Shown piece by piece: positions 39,936 to 54,870 of a DNA stretch of 64,000 nucleotides. This DNA is from Octopus bimaculoides (lineage: Eukaryota), in NCBI RefSeq assembly GCF_001194135.2, contig NC_068993.1, positions 64,173,063 through 64,237,062 of the forward strand. The letters are read 5' to 3'. The translations under genes and the position numbers were made by a program. Below the pieces are notes generated by a model. The model was not told the DNA's origin and ran no database searches. It worked only from the letters and a program-made list of their open reading frames with translations. How positions within the stretch are numbered: the first letter of the stretch is position 1; each line of letters opens with the position of its first letter.

Positions 39936-40544
39936 AATCCTCTCGAACCAATGACCTCTATGCGACAGAGAATACAACCCATTTATAAAGCAACAACTCG
40001 GAGTGTTGGGGGGTTCAATACATCACAAGATTCAATGTTTATATTTCATTTCGGTTCCTAGTTTCAAGATCGCTAAGTAGAGATAAAACCATCGCTTACA
40101 GTTAAATATTGAAACTTGCAATTATTATATGCTTGTGTCCATGTTTTTATGCGTGTGTGTGTATTTGGGTGATGTCACTATCCAGGTATTTCATGTACGT
40201 AGAAACTAGTTGTGCATAACTTTACAAAGTTAGATTAATTAAAAGTGAGTATAAGTTTGCATCATTTGGTGTATAAATAATTGTAACGTAGCCAAGGGGG
40301 ATTGAAATAATGATCCAGTGAAGAGCGCATCTGGTCAGGTTATTGTTAGAAGTCATTTACACACAAATTTATTGATATTTTGATCAATGAGCATATCTTT
40401 GATGAATGAGATATTAGCTGAAGGAGAATGAGTAACTTTAATAGCGTTAATGATTAGATACCAAGCGTGTATACATACGTAGACTCATTACATATCTTAA
40501 GACGGACATACATATATGTACACATATACACCTCTCAATCCATC

Positions 40545-40547
40545 CAT

Positions 40548-40615
<68 letters not shown>

Positions 40616-40674
40616 GCCTGTCTATCTATCTATCTATCTATCTATCTATATGTATACACACACAATTACATGTG

Positions 40675-40727
<53 letters not shown>

Positions 40728-40730
40728 CCA
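40545..40730. repeat. (TATC)n, (GT)n and (AT)n compound microsatellite
   Basis: Directly visible. Confidence 0.95.
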
Positions 40731-42578
40731 CATATGTGTACCTTCGGAAAAGGTGATGATGGTTATGATATTCAATGTAACAAGAATTACAAAGAATTTT
40801 ATTTTAAGTGGATAATCGATTCTATACAATTAAAGTTCAAAATCACTGTTTGTGGAATAACAAATATTATATGCCTGGAATATTTTCTGCTTAAAAACAA
40901 TGCAAGTTATTTATTTTCATATGATAGTTTAATCGCGGGAGGAATGAGTTGCAGTGCACACCAGTGTGGCAAAATGTGTTCATGACAAAAGCATAAACTT
41001 CACTGGCACAGCTCAGTTAGTGCGATGTAACTCAGAGTAAAATCTCACCAACATGAGCAATAAAAGTGCTGTATAATTGACGTGGACATTATACGGAGTG
41101 GCTTTCTATGCTTCTGTTGGTGCTATTCAGCTTTAAATTGGCATTATGAAATAATGTATTTCAGAGACAACGGAATATCGCAATTATCCAAAGTCACAAT
41201 ATTTCTAAGAAGGTGGTACTTGGTTTTGGGGGAGATTTCCCTCGCAGATCGTCGGCTCGAGTAAGGTGAATTGTTTCCTGTCGTTCGAAGTAGTTCACAA
41301 GTACAATATTTGAAGGTTTGTGAAGGGATAACATCCGAACCAATGGGTTTTATCGGACTGGAAGACATTTCACACTTGGTGGCGCTTTACACATAGTCTT
41401 GAAACAAAGTTGCAGAAACAGTTTCGGCTGACTTTATTTGAGCATAATATGGATATTGAAGTTAAAAGATTCTTTATGTCTCTGAAAATTTTTTGAGATT
41501 TTACTCATTACCTATACGCGATTTAAAACAATATATTTAAAGGTTTAAATCCAGAGCAACCATCCAATAGCAAAATTTATATTTCAGGGCAAAGTTTATC
41601 TTTCTCTGTATTAAAAAGAATTAACCTAATTCGTTTTTAGGAAATAAATACTTTGCGTCTTTAATCCAACATATAGATGCCTTTTACTATCTGTTTAAAC
41701 TCAACATTCACATCGGAATGAAATCACCCAGAAATAATTTTTTACCAGATGTAGAAACATGTTAACAACTAAATAAATTCTGGTTTATATAAGACGCTTA
41801 TCTCTAATGTCAGACGTTTATTTTTGCTTCATCTTATATAAATAACTTAGACTTTACAGAATGTTTAAATGAACATCCTGTTTTCAGTATCTGAGCCCCC
41901 AGCCACCACCACGTCCGTCTCTTCTCTCTATCGCACTATGTGCGCAGCTTCTATCTTCAAATATATGTGGCAAACTATTTTGTGTCATCATATATTTTCG
42001 TTTTTCTTTTTTTGTTCCTTTTAAATCTACAGACTTAGCGTAGAAGCAGAGAGGAGTGCAATTATTCTAAGTACCAGTTCAATTTCTGTTTGTTTTGTGT
42101 GGGGGATCATTTCAAAGAGAATAAATTTGTGGCTTGAATCATAAATAGCGGATGTGTTTTACTATGTTTATTTGTTTGTATTCTGCACATGGTGTTGCGT
42201 TGTCTTTCAATCAATTCGAAATGTGTTTTTTTATATATATATTTTCATCTCCAGTTTTTAGTCTCATTTAATTTTCCCACGACACATCAAAACCTCTCAT
42301 TTACTACGTATCTATGTGTGATCAGAAGCTGACGGAAACCTATCGGAAATTGTGAAATACTTTGTCAACAACAAAAAAATCTCCAATTTATGGTCTATTC
42401 TCGCTTAACACGTCAACAAAATATATTCGCAAATATTTGTATACATAAACTATGAGAACAAGAACATTATTCAATATATTAATGTTAATCATTATATATC
42501 AAACACATTCATTGTAAGCCCCACGAATACTTAACTCACATTTGGGGAATAAATGTAATCTTTTAATATCACTTTCAC

Positions 42579-42710
42579 ATTTTGGCACAAGGCAAGCAAT
42601 TTTAGGGAGTATTTCGATTACATTTACCCCAGTGCATAACTGGTACTTATTCAATCGACCCCGAAAAGAATGACCAGGCCTCGGCAGAATTCGAACTTAG
42701 AACGCAAAGT
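42579..42710 (-). mobile_element. Family B SINE fragment
   Basis: ttttggcacaaggcaagcaattt ... ccccagtgcataactggtactta..tcgaccccgaaa is the reverse complement of motifs in the 1792 and 51513 copies. Confidence 0.8.
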
Positions 42711-42828
42711 TGTATGTATGTATGTATTTTAGGAAGTTGATTGTTATGGCTGGTCAGAGAGTGTCCATTGCTTTCGCAACTATGAAGCGCTTAGTAGTGA
42801 AAGCTGAGCGCTTTATATATATATATAT

Positions 42829-42885
<57 letters not shown>

Positions 42886-45800
42886 TATGTATGTGTGTGT
42901 GGGTGTGTATGTATGTATGTAGGTAGGTACGTACGTACGTATGTACGTAAGTGGGTAGGTATTCATAATCCCGGCTAATACAACCCTTTTTCGTGGATGT
43001 TGTTCACAATGAAAGAGTCCAGATTTGTAATCATAGCATTAGAAACGCATTTACTCAACAAGAAATTGTTTGTTTTGAAATTGCTTAAAGACTTCTGGGG
43101 TCGTCGTGCCTGCCTTTCATACCGACTTTATGTATTCCTATGATGATGGTTTTAATTTCTAACAGTATTATATTCTTACGAGGGCGCGCGCATACACTCA
43201 TACATAAACGCACTTCAATATATTTCATAATCGTAGCTAAGTTTTCTAATATCTAAATTGATATTAGTACTTCAGATTCACGTTGTGCCATTCACAAAAA
43301 CAAACCTATATACGTCTGTACATATTTATGTATGAATTTTATGTTTGTATATATATGTATACATGCATATATATGTATATAAATATATTTCTAAATGTAT
43401 GTATGAATGTGTATGTGTGTTTGTGTATGTTCGTGTGTGCTCAAGTTTCCATGTCAAATTCCCAAGATTCTGTATCTGTTCGAAAATACAATATAATGTG
43501 TAAACTAAACTGATATAGAAACATATACAACAATAAATACAACAGTCATATCATAACAGATGTCTCATAAACAAAGTTTAACAGCCAGCAATGTTGATTT
43601 AAGTGAATTAAATGGGTATTCAAATAATTATCAACATTCTCATCACGCCAGTATAATTCCCAATACAATGACAAGGCAAATTACGAAAATTCTAATGTCG
43701 GAAATTTCCGCCATTTTCCCATCATGTTGATAGAACGTCTAATACTTATTCAGCCATTACTTTTATGCTTTAGCGAAATCCGACTAATATTTCTAAAAGT
43801 ATTATCACAAGCTATTAGTGTTTTGCTATTTTACTAGAGAGTAATGCTAGTCAATACCAAACATCACTACAATTGCTACTTTACTGGCTAAAATATAACC
43901 CAAATGGAAAGGCAATGTAAAGTAAGAAGATAAATATATTTTCTGTTTGGATCATTTAGCTGAAAATTATTACAAGACATCAAAGAACAATAAATAAATA
44001 TATAACGGAATGTCTAAAGTAGATTTACAGCTGTTTCAGAATAAAAAGAAATGTGATAAATATATCTTTATGTGTTGTAGAACATTTATGTGAAGTCAAT
44101 CATTACAATACAGGGGTTTAGAGGGACAGAATTATCGTCTGCTTAAATGTAGCTTAATCCCTCAGACTTCTCTTTCTTTTTCTCTCCCCCCTCTCTCTCT
44201 CTCTCCTCTCACTCTCACTCTCGCTAGTCTCTTTCTCTTTCTCTCAGAACAATTTGTCTCTTTAACTCAGCAACCGGGTTCTCTTGAGAGACAATGGAGA
44301 ATATGTATATCAAAGAATTGTTTTTCCATAACTTTAAAGCAATATTTTAAAGTATTGTTAAAAAAAACAAAAGAAACCTTAAACGGTTTTTTAAAGAAAC
44401 CTTGGTGTACCCAGGGAATTAATAAAAGGAAACATACTTGGCTTGAGGAATCAATAATGGGTTATTTCTTTATCTATAAACAAAACCTGCTTAATGAAGT
44501 GAGATATGTTAATATAGCTGAAGTGAAATAGAAAGTTCGATGCTAGGCTCTAGGCAAACATAATGTGATATACAATATCGATTGCTAATATCGGCATCAT
44601 ATTGTAATGATATTTACTTTTAACAGTTTTACATTCTGAACTTCAACGCCACCTCAAGCAAAGTTCACCCTTATTCTACCGAAATCGAAAGGAATGCTAA
44701 TTACTGGTGTCGATTATATCGGTTCTCTCATCTTCCCTCATATTTGTGGCTTTGTGTCATCGGTGGAAAAAGCTATCGCAGAGAAAGTATTTTGTCTACC
44801 AGGTTGATGCGACACAGCATTTAGCTAGTCGGTAAAACTTCAAGCTTTTAAACCAATGGAAGTGGTATTATATCATGAGTGTAATTGTTGAAGAGAATGT
44901 GACCCTGAGGATGTATTTATAACATAGCTTAGATGATTTTTTTTCAAAGACAATTTGAGAGTTGGGTGCAACAAATGCGTAAATGCATCAGATGGGCTCT
45001 ATGCTGAGTTGTACGACTGTATAGAGACAAAGTTAGTCTACCAACATGCACAATTTGAATGGTATCTGTCATTTGATTAAAAGTTACGCCCTCTTGTACC
45101 TATCTTTCGGTATAACCCTTGTAACATCGCATATATTCCAGCGCTCTACTATCAGCACCGTGTTGGATTAAAACTTCTATTGAGGTGAATAAATAATGAG
45201 TAGCAGGCTGTTGGAAGTAACCCAAGCGGATCAATAAGCACGAATTCATATGATTCAGGAAGGCAGTGGTGTACTGAATAACCTATGCGAAACAATCTAA
45301 ATGAATTATAACATGCCTTTTATTTGGAGAAAGCAAACAAAATCGTTGCGTTAGGTGTTAGCAAGTTTCAGATCAAAGAATAGACGATTTCAAGAAATAG
45401 CGAAATAACTTCACAGAAAATTGAATTTTTATGCAAGAAGGCAGAATTACTAGCAGTGGAGGGGATAACTACGGGCATATCTTTATCTCTTAGACATAAT
45501 CAGCGAAGCATCCTCTATTCCAACCTACTTTGATCATTAGCCAGAATGTTTTATAAGTAGGAAAATAGTTCTAAAGAATTCTTGTTAGATATCTATGGAA
45601 GGTTATTCTAGCTACAAATAGCAGCTAAAGCATCTTCAAATAATGTTCCTGCTGAAGGAAGGGCATATTTGATAATATATTTCTATATACTACTAAAAAC
45701 CGAGTTATTCTGGCCGAGACCCCTTTGTACGGCGATACACAACAAAAACATAAAGCACGAAACGAAAAGCTTCCTTTTTGAAAGGAAATCAGCTTCACAA

Positions 45801-46628
45801 CTTCCCATTTCCGGAAACTTTGAAATTAAGAAATAAACATTAAAGATCCTAGCAAACTGATGATGACCACTAGGCCCGTAAAGATTCCTGTGTGTGTTTT
45901 TTATTTAGGAATGTATAAATGTGGGTATATAAAATAGCTTACGCATTTATAGTGCAAATGTTCACATTTATAACTGCGTATATATCTGCATATATGTAAG
46001 TACATTGTAGACGCAAAATGTGCTAAGAGTTGCATAGCATTAGATACTAGGTTCAATCCCCTAGAATGAATTTATACATATACATGTGCAGATCTATGTC
46101 AAGGAGTGTATCCAATCTGCTCGTCTCTAAACGAAGAGTCGCTCTAATTATATCCTAAGAAACAACTTTTTTATTTTCTTCGCATTTTTCATAATGATAC
46201 AACTTTATGTTTCCTATGATGTTATCCTGCTTCCAATCACTCCAACATTCCATTCAGTTAGGAGCTTCCCTCGGAATTTTAGAAAACTTATCAGTGCTTG
46301 GCCATTTTCCACTCAAAACTGCGTAAATAATCTCCCTGTGTTTGAATTTCGTAGTTTCTAATATAGTTTGTTTCTTCACAATTTCATTTTCTAGGAAAAC
46401 TTTTTCTGTAATCATTTCTTTTTCTTGGAAATCCCTTTCACCATACGAAGGAAGACCCCTTCACATTCTTACAGTGAGGAAGGTATTCTAGTTGCATGCT
46501 ATATGTCGATGCCAATGCACCAACTGGCCGTTTCCCTTCGGTATGAGAAAAGTGTTAGGAGATACGAAGAGAGAATCTGGACGGCGCAACTGAAGCTGAT
46601 TATCTGCAAAATAATTGAGAAAGAAAGA

Positions 46629-46631
<3 letters not shown>

Positions 46632-46687
<56 letters not shown>
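46632..46687. repeat. (GA)n microsatellite
   Basis: Directly visible. Confidence 0.97.
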
Positions 46688-46688
<1 letters not shown>

Positions 46689-46979
46689 AACAGTGACAGA
46701 GGTCGACAGAGAATGAGAGTCAAAGAGAGAACATTGGAATGAAATTCCGTAAACTAAGAACATCGGATAAAAATATCACGAAAGGAAACGAGTATGACGA
46801 GTAAATCGAACAGATATTGACAAAAACCTGTTGAAGCAAGGAGACAATATCAGAGATGAAAGGCTGCTGTTGTTAAACGAAATCATAATAAGCAGTTTTC
46901 CGATATATCTTAATCTGCTGCTGTGTGGTGGATTAACAAAAATTAAAAAGAAATAAGGGAATTTTTTTTAAAGTTTTAA

Positions 46980-47340
46980 GTGTGTGATAAGAAGATTGTT
47001 TACCAATCACATGGTTCCACGTTCAGTCCCCGTACATAACACACATTGGGAAAGTGTCTTCCATTATAGCCCCAGGTTGACCAATGTTTGTGAGAGGATT
47101 TGGTAGACGGAAGCTGAAAGACGTCCGTCGTGTATATGTAAATTTGCATGTATCTGTGTGTGTGTGTGTGTGTTTCACCACCGCGTGATCAACAGTGTTG
47201 ATGTGTTTACGTCCCTGTAACCAATCGGTTCGAAAAGACAGACCTATAGAATAAGAACCAGGCTTAAAAACTAAAACTCTTGAAAGCAGTGTCCCAGCAA
47301 GGCCGGAGTTCAATGACTAATAGAACTAAGACGATAATAA
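46980..47340 (+). mobile_element. Near full-length diverged family A SINE
   Basis: tgtgtgataagaag..ccaatcacatggttccacgttcagtccc..gaaagtgtcttccattatagccc..tggtagacggaagctgaaaga, an internal (GT)n tract, then a 3' half homologous to 12620-12808. Confidence 0.8.
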
Positions 47341-49582
47341 TCTCTATAAATGTGGGTTGGGTGACTACTCAGTCATACTTTGTATCATATACAGAAAGGG
47401 GTAGCTAAAGTAACAGAGTGATACAGACATTCGACATAAGAAGTAAAGGATGAATGCACGTAGGAGGTTTGGTAGTAGAGGGGCATAGCTTTCTGAAAAA
47501 TTCACATTACTTAAAAAGGATTAAGAGCAGGTATGTATGGAGTAGATAGCGATTGTCCTGATAACATTTAGAAAAATATCAACACATATTTTTTGAAAAT
47601 ATACAAATGAGAATTTCGATTGATTTAATTTGACTTTATAATAATAAATATTTTTCCTTAGAAAATTAGAATACATTTCATCGCTTTGTATAATCATGAG
47701 GGAATTTGATAAGAGTTAAATTATAATTATTGCATGCATGTCATATTTCTTCGCATTGCCCTTGGCGGTAAACGTCACCCGTAATATAACAGGTAATGCT
47801 CTCGTCATCCGTTACTCGTTGCTCGTCATATGACGGGTAGCATTCAAGTCCTGCTCGTTATTAGAATAACACTGGTATTTTAATGAGTATAGCATCTCTG
47901 AGAAGGAGAGAATTTTATAGCGAATCAATGCTAAAATAGGTAGCTCTAAACGGAGTACATGCAACAATCAATCAGATACTGCGTGAAAAGACTTGATGCA
48001 GTAAGCATGGAGAGATAAAATTCGCTGCAAATCGAATCCCTTTCATGGTTTCATTTCCCAGTTGTGTCAATATTTCTCAATTTAATTAGGGCACTAATGC
48101 TCTTAAAGAACAACTCGAAACACATAGTCACAAATCCCCTGCCAAATAAATCGAAATGTTTGCTTCTATATAACAAAGCAATGATATCTATGCTGAATAC
48201 TGTTGGTTTGTATTAAATTCTTATTTCCGCAACTTATCATTGTATTACACGTATATATGAGGTTACAAAGATATATTCTCAAGACGAGAAAACCAAATCA
48301 GATGGATTCTTTCTAACTGATTAATTGTAATATTTTTTCCTTGAATCGCAGAATTCTTCTTGTTCCTTATCTCAAGGGAATCATTTCTGCAGTTCAATAG
48401 AATAGTCTCTCATTTTAGCATCGTATATAGTTGTATTTCTCTTTCATTTATTTATCATAATCCTTGACCCGATGCTGAGTATATGAAAGAAACAAGACCT
48501 CAAGAAAATCCGCTGGATTACACAGTGTGTGTTGCTAGGGTGAAAGATCTAAAAGAAAATCAGGTTAAAAGAAATTATTCTAAAGCCATTGCCATAATGG
48601 TGTAAATATAATAGCAGAATCGAATACGCTGCTCTTTTCTCTTCAATTCACATTAAAAGTGAGTCCGTCATATGAAGAGAATTTTAACTCTCATTCATTA
48701 TACATGTTAAGAAGTAATGTATATCCTGCATGAAAGAGGTCAGATATTGATAACATTATAGAGATAATAATACCTTATGAAGAAATCCTATAAAAGGAAA
48801 CTATCCATCACATAATAAGTGTTTCCATGAAAAATTCAAAAATGTGGCTCCAAGAAAATCCTGTATAAACGGAAGTTTAAAACATTCGAATAAACTATAT
48901 TGTTTGACAAAATAGTTAATATGAGTAGCTTGGTTGTTTTGTATTCAACACTTGCGTCGTTTTTCGTTGGTAATCATTGCATTGTGAGAAGTTTGTGGTA
49001 GTAAAGCTAAATTTCAGGTTTCGAGACCGTGCAGTGCTACAGTTTCTTGACGCCAAAATATCTTTTTTTACTTCCTCTTGCAATAACATTCGATTCCTGG
49101 TGCGCGCATGCATACACACGCGTACGCGCACACGTACATACACACATACAAACACTTGCACGTACGCGCAGAAATGCGTACGAATATAATGTATATATAT
49201 ACATATACATACACACACATATATATGCATAAATATCTATACAGACACACACACTCACATATATATATATATAAACACACACAGATATGTGTGTGTGTGT
49301 GTGTGTGTGTGAGTGAGTAAGTGTAAGTGTGTGTGAGTGAGTGTGTACGTAATTACTATTTGACTCGGGTATTAACTCTGGAGTTCTCCACGTTTAACTC
49401 TTTACGATAATCAGACGCGACAGTAATCTGGAGAGTGTTTTATTAAACACATCTCAAAAAATTCATGTAAATCCGTAGAAATTTCACAAATAGATCAGTT
49501 TACAATTGTTTCATGAGATTTTCAATCTCTTCAGCACATCAGAATTCCTTCCCACATTTTTTAACAGGAATTTTGACTCAAT

Positions 49583-49963
49583 TCTGACGATTATGTGAAT
49601 CTACTGGAGATTTTAGTCAATCTCTGGCTGAAGAGGGTTGCTGCTGGAAGGACATACGTGTAGCAGTATGATTTCGTTTCTTACCGTTCCTTCGAAAAGA
49701 ATTGGAAGTGGTTGTTGGAGAACTTCTACGACTTCAAAGCCATTTTTTAGGCCTCCTTATTCCTCCGATTGTAATCTCATGGATCATTGTCTGGGGTGCG
49801 GCTGAGAAAGACAGAACCTGCGCTGCCTGCAGCACCAAGGCCGAGTTGATGACCAGAATCAACGGCGTGTTCGGCGACTTCCCAGGAACACATCATGGAC
49901 AGTATACGCAAATCTTGGAGCTGCCTTAAGGCCTTAGTAGAAGCTGAAGGCGGCTACTTTGAA
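49583..49963 (+). mobile_element. Tc1/mariner-superfamily transposase pseudogene, C-terminal part, maT-like (about DD37D)
   Basis: Translation with one stop and frameshifts: SDDYVNLLE..WLKRVAAGRTYV*QYD..KWLLENFYDF..FRPPYSSDCNLMD..VWGAAEKD..KAELMTRI..LKALVEAEGGYFE. There are 36 residues between the two Ds, one short of DD37D. The element may extend from about 49430 to 50090. Confidence 0.8.
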
Positions 49964-50153
49964 TTCACTGTTATTTCTCAGTCACAAACCAGGTGATAGT
50001 TTTTGATTTTTTGAAATACTTTTATTTTCGGATGGAATATTTTGTTTTCTTTCCCTCTTACGCAAACTGTCAAATTTGGCTGAAACATTTCTCTCTCCCC
50101 CCTCTCTCTCTCTCTCCCCCTCTCTCTCTCTNNNNNNNNNNCTCTCTCTCCCC

Positions 50154-50210
<57 letters not shown>

Positions 50211-51404
50211 CCTCTCGCTTTATGATTATGTATATTTCTCCGAAACAAAAACAGCAACTACACTCCATATAAACACCACTAATACCACTACTACTGCTAA
50301 TTTTAATTAGTCGCAAGAACGTTGGCTAGAATGAACGAAAGAGACAGAGAAATAGTGACAAAGATAGAGGGAGCAATTTATGCCATTCTTCCTTAATTTT
50401 AAATATACACAGAGCTTTCTGTGTTTTTTTTTTCTTCTTATAAAAATCAATCGCGAACTAAACGTTCAATTTCAATACAATTTTTAATAGTTGCTTGTTT
50501 CATTGTTTTTGTAACGAAAACAATAATTAGGCCATGTTGATGGTGAAACTCAATGCCGAGTGACTGGTTGTTTAAACTATGCAACATGTATTGCCGCTCC
50601 CTGATAGTGTAGCTGCACTCTGTACGACCTTCATACAAGCCTCATTACTTCTCTATTATTTAATGTCTCGCTGACAACTGCTTTATACACTCCCAGATGC
50701 CTCATACTTTATGTATCCAACATCACCATAAACCTCTAATGGAGCATTAAACCTCAATAGATTCCCCGATTTACACACTTTTAAGTCAATTCCGAAACTT
50801 TCTCTCGCATGAGGAATATTGCTTCAGTTTATATGGTCGCTTCCTACTAATAGTTCATTACTTCAACAGTTTTATTATTCTTCACAATCAGATAATATAT
50901 TGGACGATGATTTCTTCGTTGAGAGAGATACTATATGCATCAGAAGAATTTCCCATTTGTGTGTAACGGAGGAAGTGTGTAGAGAAACAACTATACCCCC
51001 GAGAGGTGATTAAAAGGCAATTCATAGAAGCGAATAACTTCATCTTTCACATACATAACACTTAAGAAAATAATTTACACATATTAAGATTTTAGGGTTT
51101 TCAAAGAGTTCTTTTATATATTCTAACAACAAATAAGTATAGAGAAAAAGTATTAGCTAACCTGCAAAATTACTCAATAGAATGGCTAATTTCATTCAGC
51201 TATATTTGACATATTGTTTATAATGTGATGTCAACATGCAATTTTCAACTGTCATCTTTTCTTTTGCAATGTGTCACATGATAATTTCTTTGCACTTTCG
51301 CTTGGCAAGCTTTCAAATGGTTTCGGTCTAAATCTGTATTCTAAAATGTCTTAAGGAACAGAAAAAGCATCTGTCGCATAAACTGTTATTGCTCTTGCTA
51401 TTTA

Positions 51405-51670
<266 letters not shown>

Positions 51671-51884
51671 GGGAGGTGCCTTGTTTGACTGCATGGACAG
51701 TTTATTGACATCTACTAAACTACCCATACGAGCGAGTGTGCGCGGGTGCGTCCGAAGGACCGAATGTTGGACGTAACTCTATCTGCGTATTGACACACCT
51801 AACGTTTTCCTTTATTGTATATTCTAATCTACTTCTTATTTTTCTGCATAATTACTCCCTGTTTGTATCTATAAGTTTGCAATG

Positions 51885-51920
51885 TGTGTGTGCGTGCGTG
51901 TGTGTGTGCGTGTGTGTGTT

Positions 51921-51980
<60 letters not shown>
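51885..51980. repeat. (GT)n microsatellite
   Basis: Directly visible. Confidence 0.95.
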
Positions 51981-51983
<3 letters not shown>

Positions 51984-54814
51984 GTATCTAATCTAAATAT
52001 CATTTGGCATTTAGATCCTTATTTTAACTGATGGGGTAAATTTTTGTTGTCGTGTTCATGATTTTTCCCGAATTGATTTGACGTTACGTCACTTCGTTAG
52101 TTAATGAACCAATACTGAAAAGACCCAATGCCATGAATCGAATATGAGAGCCGAGTTTTGATACTAGTTATCATGAGTAGGTAATGAATAGTAATATCTA
52201 TTAAATCACTACGTTGATATTAGGTTCTTTCTAACTTCATAATGAAACATTGCAACAATTTCATGTAATAACATGTATACAGTTGAAAAACTTTTCTCTT
52301 CCTAATCTAATCACACGATACTAAAAACATATACCTTGCCATCCTAAATTCTGATGAATCATAAATGCCATTTAATCATAAATATCTTTACATAGTAAAT
52401 ACCATTAAGTTAAAAATATTACAACATAAAGAGCACGATGTCAGAATCTGTATTGCATCATACGCAATATTGCACCATCGATGACAATAGATTATGGATA
52501 CCATTCTATCATTGACACCATCATAAAATTATTTTCCTAAAATTGGTTACATGATAAATTCAGGTAATATAATAACGACTATGTAAATCTATTTTACATT
52601 GAAATAAACACGTTACAAATAACATTACATCAAGAGTGCTAATTTATCCTTATATTTCATATTTTAGGCATCATATTTCAGGTTGTTTTGTATGCTTTTA
52701 ACATTACGCTCGATACAGCGCTGTCGATAATATTCAATGATTCCACATTCAGAGGCCCTGTTTCCCCTGTATTTAGGGATCAGTGTGTAACAAGTGTTTC
52801 ATTTGCGTCGCCAGAATATGAATAAAATTCCTTTTCAACCACCGCATACTGCAAGTTGTCGGAGCGGTGAATATTATACACATACGTTATAAAGAGACAG
52901 AGAAAGAGAGAGAAAAGCAGACAGACAGACACACAGACCGATAGTCAGACAAACATACAGAACAGACACAATGTCATTTAGTAACATAATGTATCAGGTA
53001 TATCAATGTGCTATGGTTGGCTTAACACGTAAAATTCCGACTTAAAACAGCGACCAAATCAAAAAATGTGTTGCTGTAGTAGACAAGCAGTGAATGAATT
53101 TCGGTGGTTCATCATTGAGCGGGTACATATATATTAGAGAAAACGAATGAACAGAAAAACAATGGGAAACAATTTAGAGTATGGAATTTATAATTCAAAC
53201 ATAATTGTGGTGTTGTTATTGGAGTAGAAGGAATCATACACATATGGGAGCAAGAAGGTGTGAGGATAGACCCTTACAGCTGTTTCTAGAATAGCTGTGC
53301 ATGTGGTGGACTTCTCAGTGAACATATATTTTAATACATATATATACATATATATATATACATTTATATATGTATACATGCATATACATATATATANNNN
53401 NNNNNNNNNNNNNNNNNNNNNNNNNNNNNNNNNNNNNNNNNNNNNNNNNNNNNNNNNNNNNNNNNNNNNNNNNNNNNNNNNNNNNNNNNNNNNNNNNNNN
53501 NNNNNNNNNNNNNNNNNNNNNNNNNNNNNNNNNNNNNNNNNNNNNNNNNNNNNNNNNNNNNNNNNNNNNNNNNNNNNNNNNNNNNNNNNNNNNNNNNNNN
53601 NNNNNNNNNNNNNNNNNNNNNNNNNNNNNNNNNNNNNNNNNNNNNNNNNNNNNNNNNNNNNNNNNNNNNNNNNNNNNNNNNNNNNNNNNNNNNNNNNNNN
53701 NNNNNNNNNNNNNNNNNNNNNNNNNNNNNNNNNNNNNNNNNNNNNNNNNNTATATAAATATATATAAATATATATATATATATGTATATATATACATAAC
53801 ACCACTGGATTATGATATTTATCTCTAAAATATGAAATACGTTCCCTCAAGCATTCACCACAAATTCATGTTCAATTGCAGACATATTGTTTTATTATAG
53901 TTTAGCTAAATAATTGAGTTTACATGACAGAAACGAAAATCATAGTTTGGAAAGACTATTCTACTGGAAGATGAAGACACCTGAATAGTTGTTATTTAAG
54001 AGATCAGGTTATCGTAGAAAATTCAACATAGTCGATAAAGCTATTAGAAATAACATTTATATTCCCTGAAGATGACATTCTACTTTTCAAGTAAAAAGTA
54101 CGAGACAGTGGATAAATACATTCTGAAGTAAACTACGACTGGAAACAAGGTACAGGATTTACCAGTTATATAACTATAGCAGGAATACAAATGCACATCT
54201 GTCCAGAGCGAAAGAGTTCTGACGATCCGATCCAAATACTTGCAACAGAATGGATTCTGCAAAGGCAATACATGGAGTCGGTAGTGTTGGTAAATTAGGT
54301 GACGACTCAAGTCTACACTGAAAGCATTTTAATTACAGGTTTACTTGCTGAAATATGGCAGGTGGCTAAACAAGAATCACGACTATATAAACTGTCTGAA
54401 TAGCTCGATTAATGAATGAAAGAAAGAAAGAAAGTATCGTTTGTTTAAATGCTGCAGGGAGATATAACATGTATTTTTGTCTCGTGTATACTTATTTCTG
54501 AACCTATCTCGTTTCTAAGATGATTAATAACGAATCGAGAACTTATTTCACTTACGAATTTGGCACTTGCATATTTAATGAATTGGTCACGAATGTAATT
54601 ATTTCTAATGATCTCTACATGAAATATAACTACACAAGTTTGAAAGATGATGAGTATGAAATAATATTGGAAGACAGTAAATATTATTTGTTGGGCCAAT
54701 AATAGACTTGGTAGTAGTTTAAAATCGCAGTATATTAGTCCTCTAGTAACAAGTGAACTAGTGCCCGTTTGACTTGCGAAGAATTCAAAGGGGCATAGTC
54801 TTTATGGGATCGTA

Positions 54815-54870
54815 TGTGTCTATGACTTAGTCATGTGTGTCTATGACTTAGTCCTGTGTGTCTATGACTC
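54815..54870. repeat. 21-bp tandem repeat, about 2.6 copies (TGTGTCTATGACTTAGTCATG)
   Basis: TGTGTC at 54815, 54836 and 54857. Confidence 0.9.

Noticed and set aside
41160-41270. Candidate plus-strand exon (ttcag|...ag|gtgaat)
   Set aside because: The peptide RQRNIAIIQSHNISKKVVLGFGGDFP is unrecognised and the splice signals are weak.
50447-50638. Possible mariner 5' end on the minus strand (tatgaaggtcgt..; MKQATIKNCIE)
   Set aside because: The similarity is too weak to support by eye.
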